From Octopus vulgaris (taxonomy: Eukaryota): a stretch of DNA of 64,000 bases. The position numbers were made by a program, and so were the translations under genes. Under the pieces are notes generated by a model. That model was not told the DNA's origin, made no database searches, and worked only from the letters and a program-made list of their open reading frames with translations. Of this stretch, positions 38,736 through 52,807 are shown piece after piece. Where the stretch lies: NCBI GenBank assembly GCA_951406725.2, contig OX597817.1, positions 10,292,001 through 10,356,000 of the forward strand. Reading direction: 5' to 3'. Within the stretch, counting starts at the first letter, position 1. Every line of letters starts with the position of its first letter.

Positions 38736-38817
38736 TATAGGATAAAAATTTTTTCGGGAAAAAAATTTTATCAATGGCCAGTATATCAAAAAATGCCTTT
38801 AAAGGTAAAATTTATAC

Positions 38818-39041
38818 ATAATTTACAAGATAAGGGCAGAAGAAAAAATTCTAATGCCAGATACGAGGGGAAAATTTTTTGTGAATTAACCCCGAAATTG
38901 GACCAATACGGTAATAACGAATTTTTTAGAGATTTCTATCGGTTTGTTTTGAGACGCATAAATTTAATGGTTATCGACAATTTTTTGTTTCGGCGCATCT
39001 GGCATTAGAATTTTTTCTTCTGCCCTTATCTTGTAAATTAT
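38818..39041. repeat. Perfect 45-bp inverted repeat with 134-bp spacer, in an element between (TA)n tracts
   Basis: ataatttacaagataagggcagaagaaaaaattctaatgccagat (38818-38862) and its exact reverse complement (38997-39041). Confidence 0.9.
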
Positions 39042-39379
39042 ATATATATATATATATACAGATATGGATACAAACACATATATGTACTATCAACTTGATA
39101 TGGGTAATGATATTTGGGCATCCAGTTTACTTTTCCAAAGATTTCTACTTAAAACAATTGAATTGGTGGGAGTTATCCATCTATTTCCAATGGTTTATCA
39201 TTCTGCTGTTTGCTGTGGCGACATCATTTGAACTTTGTGGCAGTTTTTTTTTTCAAATCTATATCTGATTTCCTATATGTATGGTATGGTGCATGCATGT
39301 GTAAATTCCGCTAATCTGCACAATTATGCATTTCCACTCATTTTATACACAGACTTTCGAGCTAATTTACACACACTTA

Positions 39380-39437
39380 TATATGCACTTGCATATATAT
39401 GTATATAGATGTATGTATACATATATATATATATATA

Positions 39438-39480
<43 letters not shown>

Positions 39481-39574
39481 TTGTGTATATATATATGTAA
39501 ATATATATATGTGTGTGTGTGTATATACATATATATATGTATGTACATATATATATATATATATATGTATGTGC

Positions 39575-39622
<48 letters not shown>

Positions 39623-39701
39623 GCATATGTGTATATCTGTGAGTATACATTCACACACAATCACATACATATGCACATATGCAAATATATTCATATATAT
39701 G

Positions 39702-39739
<38 letters not shown>

Positions 39740-39858
39740 TGTATGTGAATTTATAAATATATCTATGTGTGTGTATATATATATATGCATATAAATATAT
39801 GCATATTTATAAATGCATGTAGATATACATGTGTGTGTGTGTGTGTGTGTGGTGTGTG

Positions 39859-39905
<47 letters not shown>
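39380..39905. repeat. Long TA/TG low-complexity tract
   Basis: Direct reading. Confidence 0.95.
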
Positions 39906-39908
<3 letters not shown>

Positions 39909-40357
39909 CTCCATAGAGTTTAAACAATCATATATTCAGATGCATACAAATACACGCACATAAAAAAATCTTATAAAGAAAATTTTTATACTAATTACAT
40001 CATTATTAAAATGATTTATTAATCGTTCATCATTGAATAATACCACTATTTATTTTCCTTCATCTATAAATGGAAAAAATTCTCAGCCTTCCCCACATTT
40101 TTTTATTTCATATTATTCTACATCATTTTATTTTGAAACATTCACATAACATTTTGTATCTCGTTTTCGTTTAAGTTATGTTTTAGAAAGCTACCCATAC
40201 TGTGACTAGATAGTGGAAAGTTCTATTTTCATGCTTTATCCTCAGCTTTTGTGTATGTGTGTGCGTGTGTACATGTGTATGAGTGTGAGTATCTGTGTAT
40301 ATATTTGTATAAATGAGTGTATATGTGTGTGTATGCACATAAATATATATATATGTA

Positions 40358-40428
<71 letters not shown>

Positions 40429-40469
40429 GCACGCGCATGTAAGTATAGTATGTATGGATACTCATATAA

Positions 40470-40503
<34 letters not shown>

Positions 40504-40599
40504 CTGTCTGTCTGTCTGTGCATGTATGTATATCCGGTCGTGATCCATGCAGATTTTGCCAGTATGACAAGAGAATATTCAAAAGCAGAGTCATGAGAA

Positions 40600-42550
40600 A
40601 AACAAGTAAATCAAGAAATAACACTAACCATGAACAAGAGTATAGAGTCAATATATTTATTCTATGTGTAAAGGTATTTGACATTTCAGACAATGGTCCT
40701 TCATCAAGAACTTAATGTAAAATCTGAAATTTAAATTTAAGTGAAAAATATCATCATGATTTCATTAAAGGAACATGGTTAATTGGTAAAACAGAAGTGG
40801 GCAGTGTAGAAGAGTATAGAATGGCAGTTCACAACAAAAATACCAATAACTATTAAAGATATGTCAGTTAAGTGCAGGAATGTGTGAGAAAGTGTGTGGG
40901 CATGACATGTATTTTAGGGTATGTAGATAATTGTTTGTTGTCTGCATATGTGTGTATTTTCCAAAGAATAAATATGGATGAAGTGTGCTTTTGTGTGGGT
41001 AGTGTGGACAGAACATAAAGTGTATCTGGGTGGGTATTTAGTAGATGGGTAATGTGCACTTGTGTGTGTATGGTAGATAATGTGTAGCAATGGACAGTGG
41101 GATAGGATCCAACTATGCTAATCACTTTAGAGGGCCCAAATCTTCTTCCTATGTCAATCACTTTAGTGGGCCCAAATATTCTTCCCCTTCTCAAAACTTA
41201 AAGAGCTCACTTCCTTCATTGCTTTTATTAATTCCTTTCCTCTTTTCCCCGAAATTCCCGTTAACCCTCTCTCTTTTTCACTACCTTTGTTAATTTTCTA
41301 CACATCTCCATTTTTACTGACTGCCCAACCTCTCCAATTCCATTTTTTACTCACCCACAATTTCCCACTCCTATCTTGATTTTACCTCATCCCACTCAAC
41401 TATGTTACCCTCCACTCACAGTTCCACTACATCTACAGTCAAGACTCTTCTTGATGTTCAGTTACATAACATATTTCACTCTGTCAAACATGATTATTTT
41501 CAACCAGTTTCTGACACTCTTTGGTATTGCCTCTGCATTATTAATGATACCACTATCCTATTAATTAATTGCCATCTACTCAGCTACTATCTAGCAACCT
41601 TACATCTCCAAGGAATTATCTGATGGAAACTCTGTTCCCTCCAATCTGATCTCACTTTTCACAGACCTTTCTTGAATACCCTCTTCCAACAGAAGCAACT
41701 GCAATCATCATTTTCTGATCCACAGTTTTTTTAACCAGGGCACTTTGTCTGCTACCACTCCCATTGCAACATTTGTACATTCATGCAAAACATCACTATC
41801 TTACACAGGCCTAGTTTATCCTTTTATTATACTCACTGTTTCCACCATTAGTTTATCCTTTTATTATACTCACTGTACCTCCAAGAATATCATTTATTGC
41901 AAATTCTATAACACATTGGCTAAACATTTTAGGAAGTATTTGTTGTATATAGCCTGTCATTTCAGTTTTGCAAGCCTAGATGCATTTTGCCATCTGCAGT
42001 GTTATACAACACCACAGATCTTCCATTTCCCACACGCATCTAGAAGAACAATTAAGTTTCTCATAGCTAATCTTGCTGGTAATCAAGTTACTTTCCTCTA
42101 AAAACACTCATAAATGTCCTCACATGCCTAAATATCTCCACACCTACATTCATAATACTACAGGGGTTATCTAGTGCATAACTCCCACACACATACATAA
42201 CATGCTCAAACACTTTCTTACACCTTTCCATGCTTAAATCATTTATCTCTCTTAGCACTTGCTCTTTCGGTAGCAAACTCCAATCTACACATTAACACTT
42301 TTGCCACTTCTGTTCAGCAAGTCACCCTATTGCTTTATCTGAATCACTGGAAGTTTCTCCTCTTAATATCATTCTTCTCCCCACCACTACCACCACCACA
42401 TCTCTTATGTTCTTGATGAAAGACATTTGTCTGAAATGGTCATTTCTCCTCTATTCCTTTGCCCCTGAGTGAAATTATATTGACTTTGTATGCTTGATTA
42501 TTTTTCTATTGTTTTTTTTATTTGCATCATTTTTATTATGGCTCTACTCA
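40600..42550 (+). mobile_element. Decayed Penelope-like retroelement (RT C-terminus plus GIY-YIG) with oppositely oriented hammerhead-bearing ends
   Basis: SIFYSPTISHSYLDFTSSH at 41339-41395 resembles the PLE RT motif YxKPTdsHsYL..SSHP; HCTSKNIIYC near 41871 resembles the start of GIY-YIG. Hammerhead relics at 40676-40712 (-) and 42410-42441 (+). Confidence 0.7.
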
Positions 42551-43885
42551 ATATATATATATATATATGCATGTGTGTGTGTGTGTGTGCGTGTGTGTGT
42601 ATATATACACGCACACACATACATACATGCACGCATATATAATCACTGTTATATGAGGCTTTAGACAGTAGATATAATTCATGATTTTTTTTTATCCATT
42701 TAAGCTACATAATATCATTTCTATTGAAATAAAGAAATATTTTTTTTTAATTGTTCCATTCCAATGTTTATTTCCATATTCTTTATTTTCTTATACATCA
42801 AGAAATAATATATATGTATATATATGTGTATACATATACATACATATATAGATACACATATGTGTGTGTGTATATATATATTCATATCGATTTTTCATAT
42901 CAGTTATTTGTATCAATTATTTATTCTTCAAAATCCTTTTGCTCAAAAATTTCACTGAAGTAATACAAAAATCTGTGAAATTTGGAGATATTGAATATAT
43001 TTGATATTTATTCAGAAACGAATTTATTCTATGAAAACCAGTGTCATGGCAAGGGTACTGAAACATGTTCACTGATTCTATAATGTAATCATTAACAATG
43101 CTTTATAGAAAAAGAAAAATATCATATATTTAAATGACTGATAACAATTTTTATAACACCATGCAGGAACTGTGAAATAGATTTCAAACAGTTGTTGACC
43201 AGTTGCAAAAATGAACAAGGAAAAAGAAAATGAAATAATAACTGGCTAGTAAGATGCTGCTGTCTCACTGCTCAAATTTACCTGGAAGTGGTATAGACTG
43301 CCGTCCTCAGTTTTCACTGTTCTGTGCCCCTGTCATTAATCCCTTGATATACTGTTATCAAAAGGTTTCACTTCAGGTCATTGTGGTATTTGGATAAAGG
43401 TACTACAAACTAAAGTGAGCAGTGATTGCCCTTGCTCAGATTTGATCACAAATAAGGAATTGCTTTAAATTACAAACAAGTAATTTAACGTTATTATTTG
43501 AGGGTGGGAATATTTTCATCATTATAGACTGAATCTTTATCTTAGTCTCTATTATGCTGAACATCCAAGATGAAGAGGAAAACAGTTTGGAAACACTGGC
43601 ATAAAACAACTCATGTAACAAAAAAGACAAGTATTTTACTTATCATAAATAACTTTACTACGTTTATCAAACGTTTTTGGAGAGTTGTCCTTCATCAAAA
43701 ACATATAAGAAGTAATAAAATTATAATATAAGTGAAAAAAATAACCATCTTGGTTTCACTAAAATAGCATAATTGGCAGAAATGAAGTGGGTAGAGCAGA
43801 TTTGTGTTACCCTATGATTTTTGCAGACATATGGGACAAAGCATACCATGGAAGGAAATCTGATTTAATGTTGAATGAAATTTAC

Positions 43886-43917
<32 letters not shown>

Positions 43918-45029
43918 CAAAATACAGAACAAGCTAGGTTAACATGACTAACTTCAAATAACCTCAGACAACTGAATGAAGGGCAACTTCCTCTTTCTGA
44001 GAAATTTCCATGAATTTGGAAAGTGAATTCTGGCAATAGTTTACAAAGTCAATTTGTCCTAAAATGTTTCTTGTTAAACTAATTAAAAATTTATATTTGA
44101 AGAATCATGTTATTTTACTTTTTCTGCTTTTAGTGATTTTTTTATTAAAAACAAAAACAATGTTTATGAAGAATTTCTGAATGACTTGGAAGAAATTATA
44201 TTCATTTTCATATGAATATACATAAGACTTATGTATACTTCTATTTTCATTACAACAAAACTATTTTATATATAATGGTTTCAAAATCCTTTTTCAAATG
44301 TACAAATATATGTACATGTGTGGCATCTATGGTTGTGAACATAGATCCTAGCTTTCAAATTGGGTATGCACTCTACTGCTTTAGCTTAATATTTGTATTT
44401 ATTATTACAGGTTACAAATATATATACTTTTTATAAGGTGAAAAAATTTTGAATTTGGGTAACTAGATTACAGCACATGGAACACTTTTTTCTCCCCTTC
44501 AATAAAGGAACTGAACCTGCCACATAGATATTTCCTTTCTTTGTGGCTATTATGAGTTCAAATTCCGCCGAGGTCGACTTTGCCTTTCATCCTTTTGGGG
44601 TCGATAAATTAAGTACCAGTAATGCACTGGGTCGATGTAATCGATTTAATCCCTCTGTCTGTCCTTGTTTGTCTCCTCTATGTTTAGCCCCTTGTGGGTA
44701 ATAAAGAAATATATTATATATATATTTATACTGTACATACATGTATGTGTGTGCATGTGTGTGATAGACAGCTATAAATATAGATAGTTATCTATATGCA
44801 TATGTACTTATATATGTTTGTATGTATATATATAGAGAGAGAGAGCTTGACATACACACATGCACGTACTTACTGTACAACAGTAAGTTTCTTTTGTAAG
44901 CAATGAAAACCACCAGAATCTTAAAAGTAGATCTTAGAAGAAAATGATATAATTAATTCAAGAAGCAAAGGAATTATGATTAGATTAAGAAGGTAAGATA
45001 TAGTTGAGATTTTTTGGCCAAAGACTTAA

Positions 45030-45376
45030 GAGGTTTAGCCTTTAATCCCTGAAATGAATGCAGGAAAGATATACTGCAATATACATTTGGAAAGTCCTGG
45101 AAGGACTTGTTCCAAACTTTTGCATTGTACAAACACAAGAACAGGGTGCTATTGCACAATGCCTAAAATCCTTTCCCTGCTCTCAAAATACAGGACCAGA
45201 TATTGCAATACTTTGGCATTCAAGGGCCCACAGCACTTCATCATCTTCCTGAAGGAGCTGAAAGAACTACACAATATGGGTGTAGATGTCTTCAAAACAA
45301 AACTGGAGCTCCAATTGTGAAGAGTCCCAAAATGACTGACTTCATGGCAGGGAGGGAATGAGGGCAGCATCATGAA

Positions 45377-45378
<2 letters not shown>
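45030..45378 (+). mobile_element. Decayed LINE 3' end (CR1-group-like)
   Basis: ERYTAIYIWKVLEGLVPNF / RTRYCNTLAFKGPQHF...VDVFKTKLEL; followed by (TG)n. Confidence 0.65.
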
Positions 45379-45464
<86 letters not shown>

Positions 45465-47104
45465 TGTGTGTGTGAAATTTTGAATTTAAGCGTTATACTC
45501 TGTGTGTCTTTTTTTGAGAGCATTTATACATATTTTTTATATATATAAGATGCAATATTTTTGGAAGAAGAAATCTGAAGGATGTCGGATTTATGGTATG
45601 CCTAAGCTGTATTTAATATTTTCTCCGGAAGGTACACACCAGCAACAATTCTCAAAGATATCTAGAGAAAGAACCAGAGATATCTCACATTTCTAGCTGA
45701 ATGAGAATAATGATGGTCCACTACAAGATGCTTAACTCTTACTAGCTCTTATTGGTATGGTGTCTCTTAAGAACCATAAAAGTTAGATTCTTCCTCCAGT
45801 GCGTATGCATTCAGATTAATGATTGTGTGTGTGTGTGACTGTGTGTGTATTTATATAGAAGTCATTTATATGTAAATATTTATATTTATGTGTATAAAAA
45901 TTCACTCATACATGCACATTTATATTTATATCTGCACGTAAAAAAATACATATTTAAATACCTGTGCATCTTCTGTTTTCTTCTATTTTCTAAATACTTA
46001 ACTGCACCAGCTGCATTGTAACCAACTTTTTACCAGCAGCACTTTGTGTTCTAAGTAGAGTGGGATACTGGCCCAATGTCTGTCTCACCTTAGCCACGGG
46101 AGAAGAGGATGAGTAAACACATCCTTTAGAATTAAGGAAATTCATTGCTACTTTTGCAGGGTTGATAGTGCTCACAAATGTCATCTATTCCCATTTAGAT
46201 GGCACAGTGCCACTGAATTCAAAATAAACTATGAATTTAATAGGTCTTAAATGGATATGCTGTCCGTGATCCCAAACAGAAACTTACAACATATAAGAAT
46301 ATGACTATATAGGTATATGCATGTATACATAGGTATACATGAGTGCATGTGAGGAGGTTTTGTCTTAAGATTGGCATTGCTTGGACAGTTGTAAAGTTTG
46401 TCTGTTTCTTGCATAAATCAAATGTTTTGTAGCTCAGCAGTTCAATGGGAAAACTCCAGTTGAATAAAATGTCCAGGTAGATAAAGTTTGATACTTAAAT
46501 AGAAAGGTTGCCATGAAGGAGAGCATCTAACCATAGGGATTCTGCCCCCAAAACTGCCACATGGAAAAGTACCACATGGAAAGAGTGAGGGTAAAATGAT
46601 TCTGACATGCATATATGAATTCATACATATGATTTTACATGCCTAGTTAAGGACATCCAGCTGTAAAAACTCTGCCAGATCAAGATTGTAGCCTGGTGCA
46701 GCCATCTGGTTCGCCAGCCCTCAGTCAAATCGTCCAACCCATGCTAGCATGGAAAGCGGACGTTAAACGATGATGATGATGATCTCTAGCTTTTTCCAGT
46801 GAGTGTGTTCACAGTTTTTATTAGTATGAAGCTTCTGAGACATATTAATATTGGTTCCAACATACAGATTCAGATCAAAATTCTTGCAAAACAAATTCAA
46901 CATTCACAGATTATTATTTTTTTTTCCTAATCATACACAACACATCTATACACATGCATACACACACATATTTATGTGTGTGCATGTATACACAAACACA
47001 CACATACACACACATACATAAATACTTGCATATATATTCACATTCATTATCAGCCAATTCCTTCTTATATTCATATGCCTTCATAATAATTCATTTGTGC
47101 ATGG

Positions 47105-47123
47105 TATGTATATCTATATATAT

Positions 47124-47170
<47 letters not shown>

Positions 47171-47336
47171 ACATACATATATATATGTATATAACATACA
47201 TATATATATGTATATAACATACATATATATATATATAAATACATATATATACATACATATATATATATATATGTATATATACATACATATATATATATAT
47301 ATGTATATATACATACATATATATATATATGTATAT

Positions 47337-47367
<31 letters not shown>

Positions 47368-47580
47368 CATACATATATATATGTATATATACATACATAT
47401 ATATAAATATATATATATATACATACATATATATATGTATATATACATACATATATATAAATATATATATATACATACATATATATATAAAATATATATA
47501 TATACATACATATATATATATAAATATATATATATACATACATATATATAAATATATATGTATATAGATATAGATATACC
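47105..47580. repeat. Long TA/CATA low-complexity tract
   Basis: Direct reading. Confidence 0.95.
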
Positions 47581-48141
47581 AATGTAGTTTTTATTCCATT
47601 TCTGTACATGTGTACGCTTTCTATTCTCATTTATAACAAGTTGTTCCAAGCTTAGGGATAACAGCCAAGTTATAATTATCTCTCTACAAAAGGATCATAT
47701 AATTTCTATGAAGTTAATTATTTTGCATAATACATTTAGTAATATTGGCACATATGTTTACTGATCTATGTCATTTCTCATGACAGCTGCCTAAGTGTAA
47801 ACAAAATATACAAACATGCATGCACAATACACAACACTAACACCCCCCGCCATCACTACGTTCATGTATTTATATCCATTTAAATTTAAGTGTCCACTAT
47901 CTAGCATATTCATAAGTGTAGACACAGTTGCAGAATATCATGTTATCATGCTATATAGATAGATAGATACCATACATACATACATACATATATTTATTCA
48001 TTGTTATACATTATTTGTGCTAACATAGGTCAAATAAATATATTGCTTTTACAACCAGAAACCATCATGGTATGTAATGTATACATGTATGTGTGTGTGT
48101 GTGTGCGCGCGCACGTGTGTGTGTGTGTGTGTGTGTGCATG

Positions 48142-48181
<40 letters not shown>

Positions 48182-48279
48182 CGCAAAAAAATGACCATTC
48201 CTAAACACAATAATATCTGTTTCAACACATGATTTTGCATCAGAAGTCTTGCAACACAAATTCATAAACGTGTATGTAG

Positions 48280-48316
<37 letters not shown>

Positions 48317-48589
48317 AGTTATGGGTATCTAAAAGACCCAAAGAGTGGCAGGTAAGAGTGCTAAGTAAGAGCTATGGACAGACCGAGAGAGAAATTTTAT
48401 ACTAAGATAAGGACTGAAAAAAAACTGGAAAGTGATAAAAAAAAATAGTGATATGGGGTTTCAGGATGGTATCTTAAAGATGGTTAGGAATGAGTGGGGC
48501 AGGGACCTGAAATGAGTAAGGGGAGTACCAGATATTCTGGTTGTGTGTGTGGAATAGCACAATAGTAATAATGATTTATACATATATGT

Positions 48590-48916
48590 AGCTGTGGTAA
48601 GTAGTTTGCTTACCGACCACATGGTTCCGGGTTCAGTCCCACTGCATGGCACTTTGGGCAAGTGTCTTACACTATAGCCTCGGGCCGACCAAAGCCTTGT
48701 GAGTCGATTTGGTAGATGGAAACTGAAAAAAGCCCACCATATATATGTATGTGTGTGTGTGTGTTTGTCTCCCCAACTTTGCTTGACAACCGATGCTGTG
48801 TCTTTATGTCCCCATAACTTAGTAATTCAGCAAAAGAGACTGATAGAATAAGTACTAGACTTACAAAGAATAAGTCCTAGGTTCGATGACTGAAACAAAT
48901 AAAAGAATAAAAGAAT
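48590..48916 (+). mobile_element. SINE family A, partially deleted
   Basis: Match lacking the first bases and part of the 3' region. Confidence 0.8.
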
Positions 48917-48934
48917 ATATATATATATAAATGA

Positions 48935-49965
48935 TATAGGTTAGTGAGGAAAGGTAAACAATTAGGCAATATGGGACTAGTATATTTAATTTCATTTAAT
49001 TCAATCTAAAATTCATCTACACAACAAATAGTAAAAATAATTGAAAATAGCAAAGATAGTTTCTGACAGCTGTTTCTGGGATATCCCAGTTACTGGAGCA
49101 TCTTATTGAGCAAAGACTCTATAAGTTGAGTATTCCATCATTCGAGAAATGTAGGTTAGTCAGTGGAAGAATGTTCCTCATCAATGATATTCATTGTAGT
49201 TCATTATGTCTTGGGGGTCTTCTTTAGGTAAATCCATGATCAGAAAGAATGGTCGAGTAGCACAGCATGGTAAGATGAGGGAAATAGTTGTTATGCAGTA
49301 CTCCATGTTGAAGGAAAATGAAAATGAAAGCTAATAGATCCAAAGTTGTGCAAATACTGAGAGGAGGAATAAAGATACATTCTGGTGAGAGAAAAGATGG
49401 ATAGGTAAAAGTTATATATTGGATATAACTCACTCTTTGACCTTGCAAGGCCACTCTGATAGTAAAGGTTTTCTTCAAACTCATTAGGATCCCACTAGAA
49501 TATAGATAGTAGCAAATTTTCAATAGAAATACAATTCAAATCTCTTACTCCACCACTCAAAACTTTCCTCTTTCACAACCCAAGTACATGTCATATAACT
49601 TTGACTCCAATTGCTTAGCAGAAAATATAATTTATGAATGCTCAATGCTAACTCATCAATCATCAAAGGCTTATGTAGATTTTACTTCTCATATTTTCAA
49701 AACCAAGATTTTGGACCATTTAGAAGATATGACTTGACATTATCAAGTTATTTCTGAGATCTGAAAACTAGGAAAATTCCTTACGACTTCAAATGGAACG
49801 TATTAACTATAGAATGTCCATATTTAGGAAATAAACACTACAATATATGAATGCCAAATGTATATGGAAACTTCTAGCTAACACACTGATACCCATCAAC
49901 ATTATGAAATAACTATCTCTAGCATGCATAAGACATTAAAATCTTACAGATTTTAGCTGTTCTAA
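48935..49965 (+). mobile_element. Decayed Penelope-like element (GIY-YIG remnant) with inverted terminal repeat
   Basis: From about 49594: YNFDSNCLAENIIYECSMLTHQSSKAYVDFTSHIFKTKILDH, then after a frameshift TLSSYF*DLKTRKIPYDFKWNVL. Hammerhead relic on the minus strand at the left end. Confidence 0.7.
49060..49149 (-). ncRNA. Degenerate long-stem-II hammerhead motif in a Penelope-like terminal repeat
   Basis: Minus strand: TTTCT CGAATGA TGGAATA...TATCCCA GAAAC AGCT GTC AGAAA. Palindromic stem III ACAGCTGT; core mutated from CUGAUGA. Confidence 0.55.
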
Positions 49966-50045
49966 AAGGTGTGTATATGCAAATGTAAATATGTTAGACT
50001 ATATAAGCACGTGATCACACATGTATATAGATAGATAGATAGCTA

Positions 50046-50085
<40 letters not shown>

Positions 50086-50093
<8 letters not shown>

Positions 50094-50365
50094 TATATAC
50101 ATGTATATATGTACATATACATACATATATATAAGTACATATATGTGTGTGTACATATATATGTGTGTACATATATATGTGTTTATGGTTACAAGTTTGA
50201 AGGTTTACTTATTCTTAGTTTTGAGGGTTAAGATATGTACATATATACATGTATATATGTACATATACATACATATATATAAGTACATATATGTGTGTGT
50301 ACATATATATGTGTTTATGGTTACAAGTTTGAAGGTTTACTTATTCTTAGTTTTGAGGGTTAAGA
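50086..50365. repeat. Tandem duplication, two copies of about 135-150 bp
   Basis: gtgtttatggttacaagtttgaaggtttacttattcttagttttgagggttaagatat occurs twice, each with the same microsatellite leader. Confidence 0.85.
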
Positions 50366-51914
50366 TATCTTTTTTTTAACTTTCAGTAAGCCAATCAGGT
50401 GTTGACTCCATCTTTGTCAGTATTTTATTAAATATCACGGCAGACAGCTTAAGTCTCCCTCTTAATATTTTTACCAATTTTAACCAGAAGTATTGAAACC
50501 TATTACACTGTCATGAATTGTATATGCGTATGTGCATGAGTATATGAGGTAAGCATGTGTGCGACTATGTATAGATATATATAGACATACATACATATAT
50601 ATACATACCTACATACATACATATATATATGGATTACTATATTGATATATTGAAACATATTTAATTCATTTATATATGGTAGTATGTAGCAGATATACGT
50701 TTCTCATAAACTTTTGTATATTTATTGTATATATTTTATATATACATAAATTTTATATAAGATATTTAATATAATTACATGATTGCTTGATAAATTTTTA
50801 AAATCGCAAAATATAAATTAGACATAATTATATACGAAATTTTATAATCATATGATTTTAATTATACATAGATCTATTGTGTATAAATTTAAATGTATGG
50901 AAATAGAACCTATAAAATGCTACTCTAACCCAGCAGTTTTATTATTCAAATGTTAAGTATATAAACAAAACTGAATATAAGGAATTCCTTTGAAATCAGG
51001 GATTCTATTGAGAAAACATGACCATGGGAGTTATTCCTTTGATTTTCAATATAATTTTTAATCCTTTGAATATAAATATCATATATCATAATCACCGCCA
51101 TTTCATGGCCATCATGTCTACTCTCCAGGTTGACAAGGGATAAATGAGTTATTCTTCTTTGATTCAGTTCTGATCTGGAGTCACTACCCTCCTAGATTTG
51201 TCAAGTAACAACATATTGATTACATGTTTCATTTTTGGCATGATATTTATGTTGAAATACCCTTCCTAAGAATTATACATTTATATATGTGTGTATGTGT
51301 GTAAATATGCACATATATATACATACATATATCTAAATATTTATATATATATATATCATATGCATACATATATATAGTGTATATATATATCATATATATA
51401 TATATATACACACACACACATACATTCATACACATACATACATACACATACATACATGCATATATTTACACACTTGCACACATACACACACCTATACATA
51501 CATAATCATTTTAATGACTTTCCCATGCTTGCATGTTAAATGGAATTCATTGAGACAGGACTATGACTGAATGCCTTTCTGTTGCCAACCCACACCTGTT
51601 TCCAAGCAAGGCAATATCACTGGATTTTTTAACAGAAGACCAAAAACAAACAACACTGCTTGTATGATGATGATGATGCTCGTTTGCAACTATTACATGA
51701 TGCCAAGACAAAGGTTCATGTATACACATGTATACATACATACATACATACATATGTGTTGGACATCTTTCACTTTCTATTTACCAAAGTGCTCAATAGT
51801 AACTGGTTGACCTAGGGTTATAGTAGATAACACTTACCCAATACACCATTCAGTGTGATTGAATGTGTGACCACATGGTTGGGATTCAAGCTTCTTAAAC
51901 ACACAGCTTGCATC

Positions 51915-51952
<38 letters not shown>

Positions 51953-52489
51953 AGTAAATACAATGGACAATAAAAAGAATGGATAACACAAGAGGAACAA
52001 GCCTATATTTTTTTTTTGTTCTACTAGGTTGTGAAAGCAAAACTTTATAATTTCTAGTGCACATGAAATGAAAACTCGAACTCAATAACAAATATGATCA
52101 AAGCATATACACACACACACACACACTAAAGTGTTAATAGAAAGAGAAAGTTTCTTAATATTTCGGACAGTAATCCTTCATCAAGTGAAAGAAAGAAACA
52201 TAGCGATGAGGAAGTAAAATAGTCAGTGAGAACAAAATGGCAGGTGACAGTTTAAAAACCAAGGTGGAATGAGTGTTATGAAGGAGAAAGGGGCAATAAA
52301 ACAAAATTGGAGAGTGAGTTCACAAATTACTCAATTATAGTATCTTATGTTTCAGGGAAGATAATGGCCTGGATCACATAATCTGGCTATAATTTCCACT
52401 TAAACATGTATAAACAATGTATTTAAATTTATGAAACTATCTCCCATTTCTTTTTCTAAATGTACTCTGTGATCTTTCTTACTATGCAG

Positions 52490-52515
52490 ATACTAAAAGG
52501 GAAGATAGACTATAA
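52490..52515 (+). CDS. Candidate terminal Kv3 exon (DTKREDRL*)
   Basis: Acceptor gatctttcttactatgcag|AT; phase-compatible; no homology support. Confidence 0.2.
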
Positions 52516-52606
52516 TACATGAGTTGTCTTCACATTTTTGTCTTTCGATATACAAGGATGCATACAGGAGTCTAAATACTGGTTATGTATCATGCAATTC
52601 AAATCA

Positions 52607-52655
<49 letters not shown>

Positions 52656-52708
52656 TATATACATATGAATAAATGAAAGAATGGAGTCGAACGAAGATTT
52701 TAACAAAA

Positions 52709-52807
52709 TTCCTTTACTCTCAACACATGTTTCGAAGACTGCATACTCTTAATTCCGAAGGAATAAAGGGTGCATTATGCCGTCTTCTCATCAGGAAAGA
52801 CAAGGAA
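52709..52807 (-). ncRNA. Type I hammerhead ribozyme motif, intact core, extended stem II
   Basis: Minus strand: TTCCTT-GT-CTTTC CTGATGA GAAGAC-G-GCATA...TATGC-A-GTCTTC GAAAC ATGT GTT GAGAG-TA-AAGGAA. Stems I, II and III all pair; GUU triplet at 52724-52722. Confidence 0.75.

Noticed and set aside
46011-46116. Possible acceptors giving AAL* or AALCVLSRVG...EEDE*
   Set aside because: The pyrimidine tract is separated from the AG and there is no other support.
39324-47649. Many YI/HT/VC-rich ORFs up to 192 aa
   Set aside because: Stop-free translations of TA, CA and TG microsatellites.
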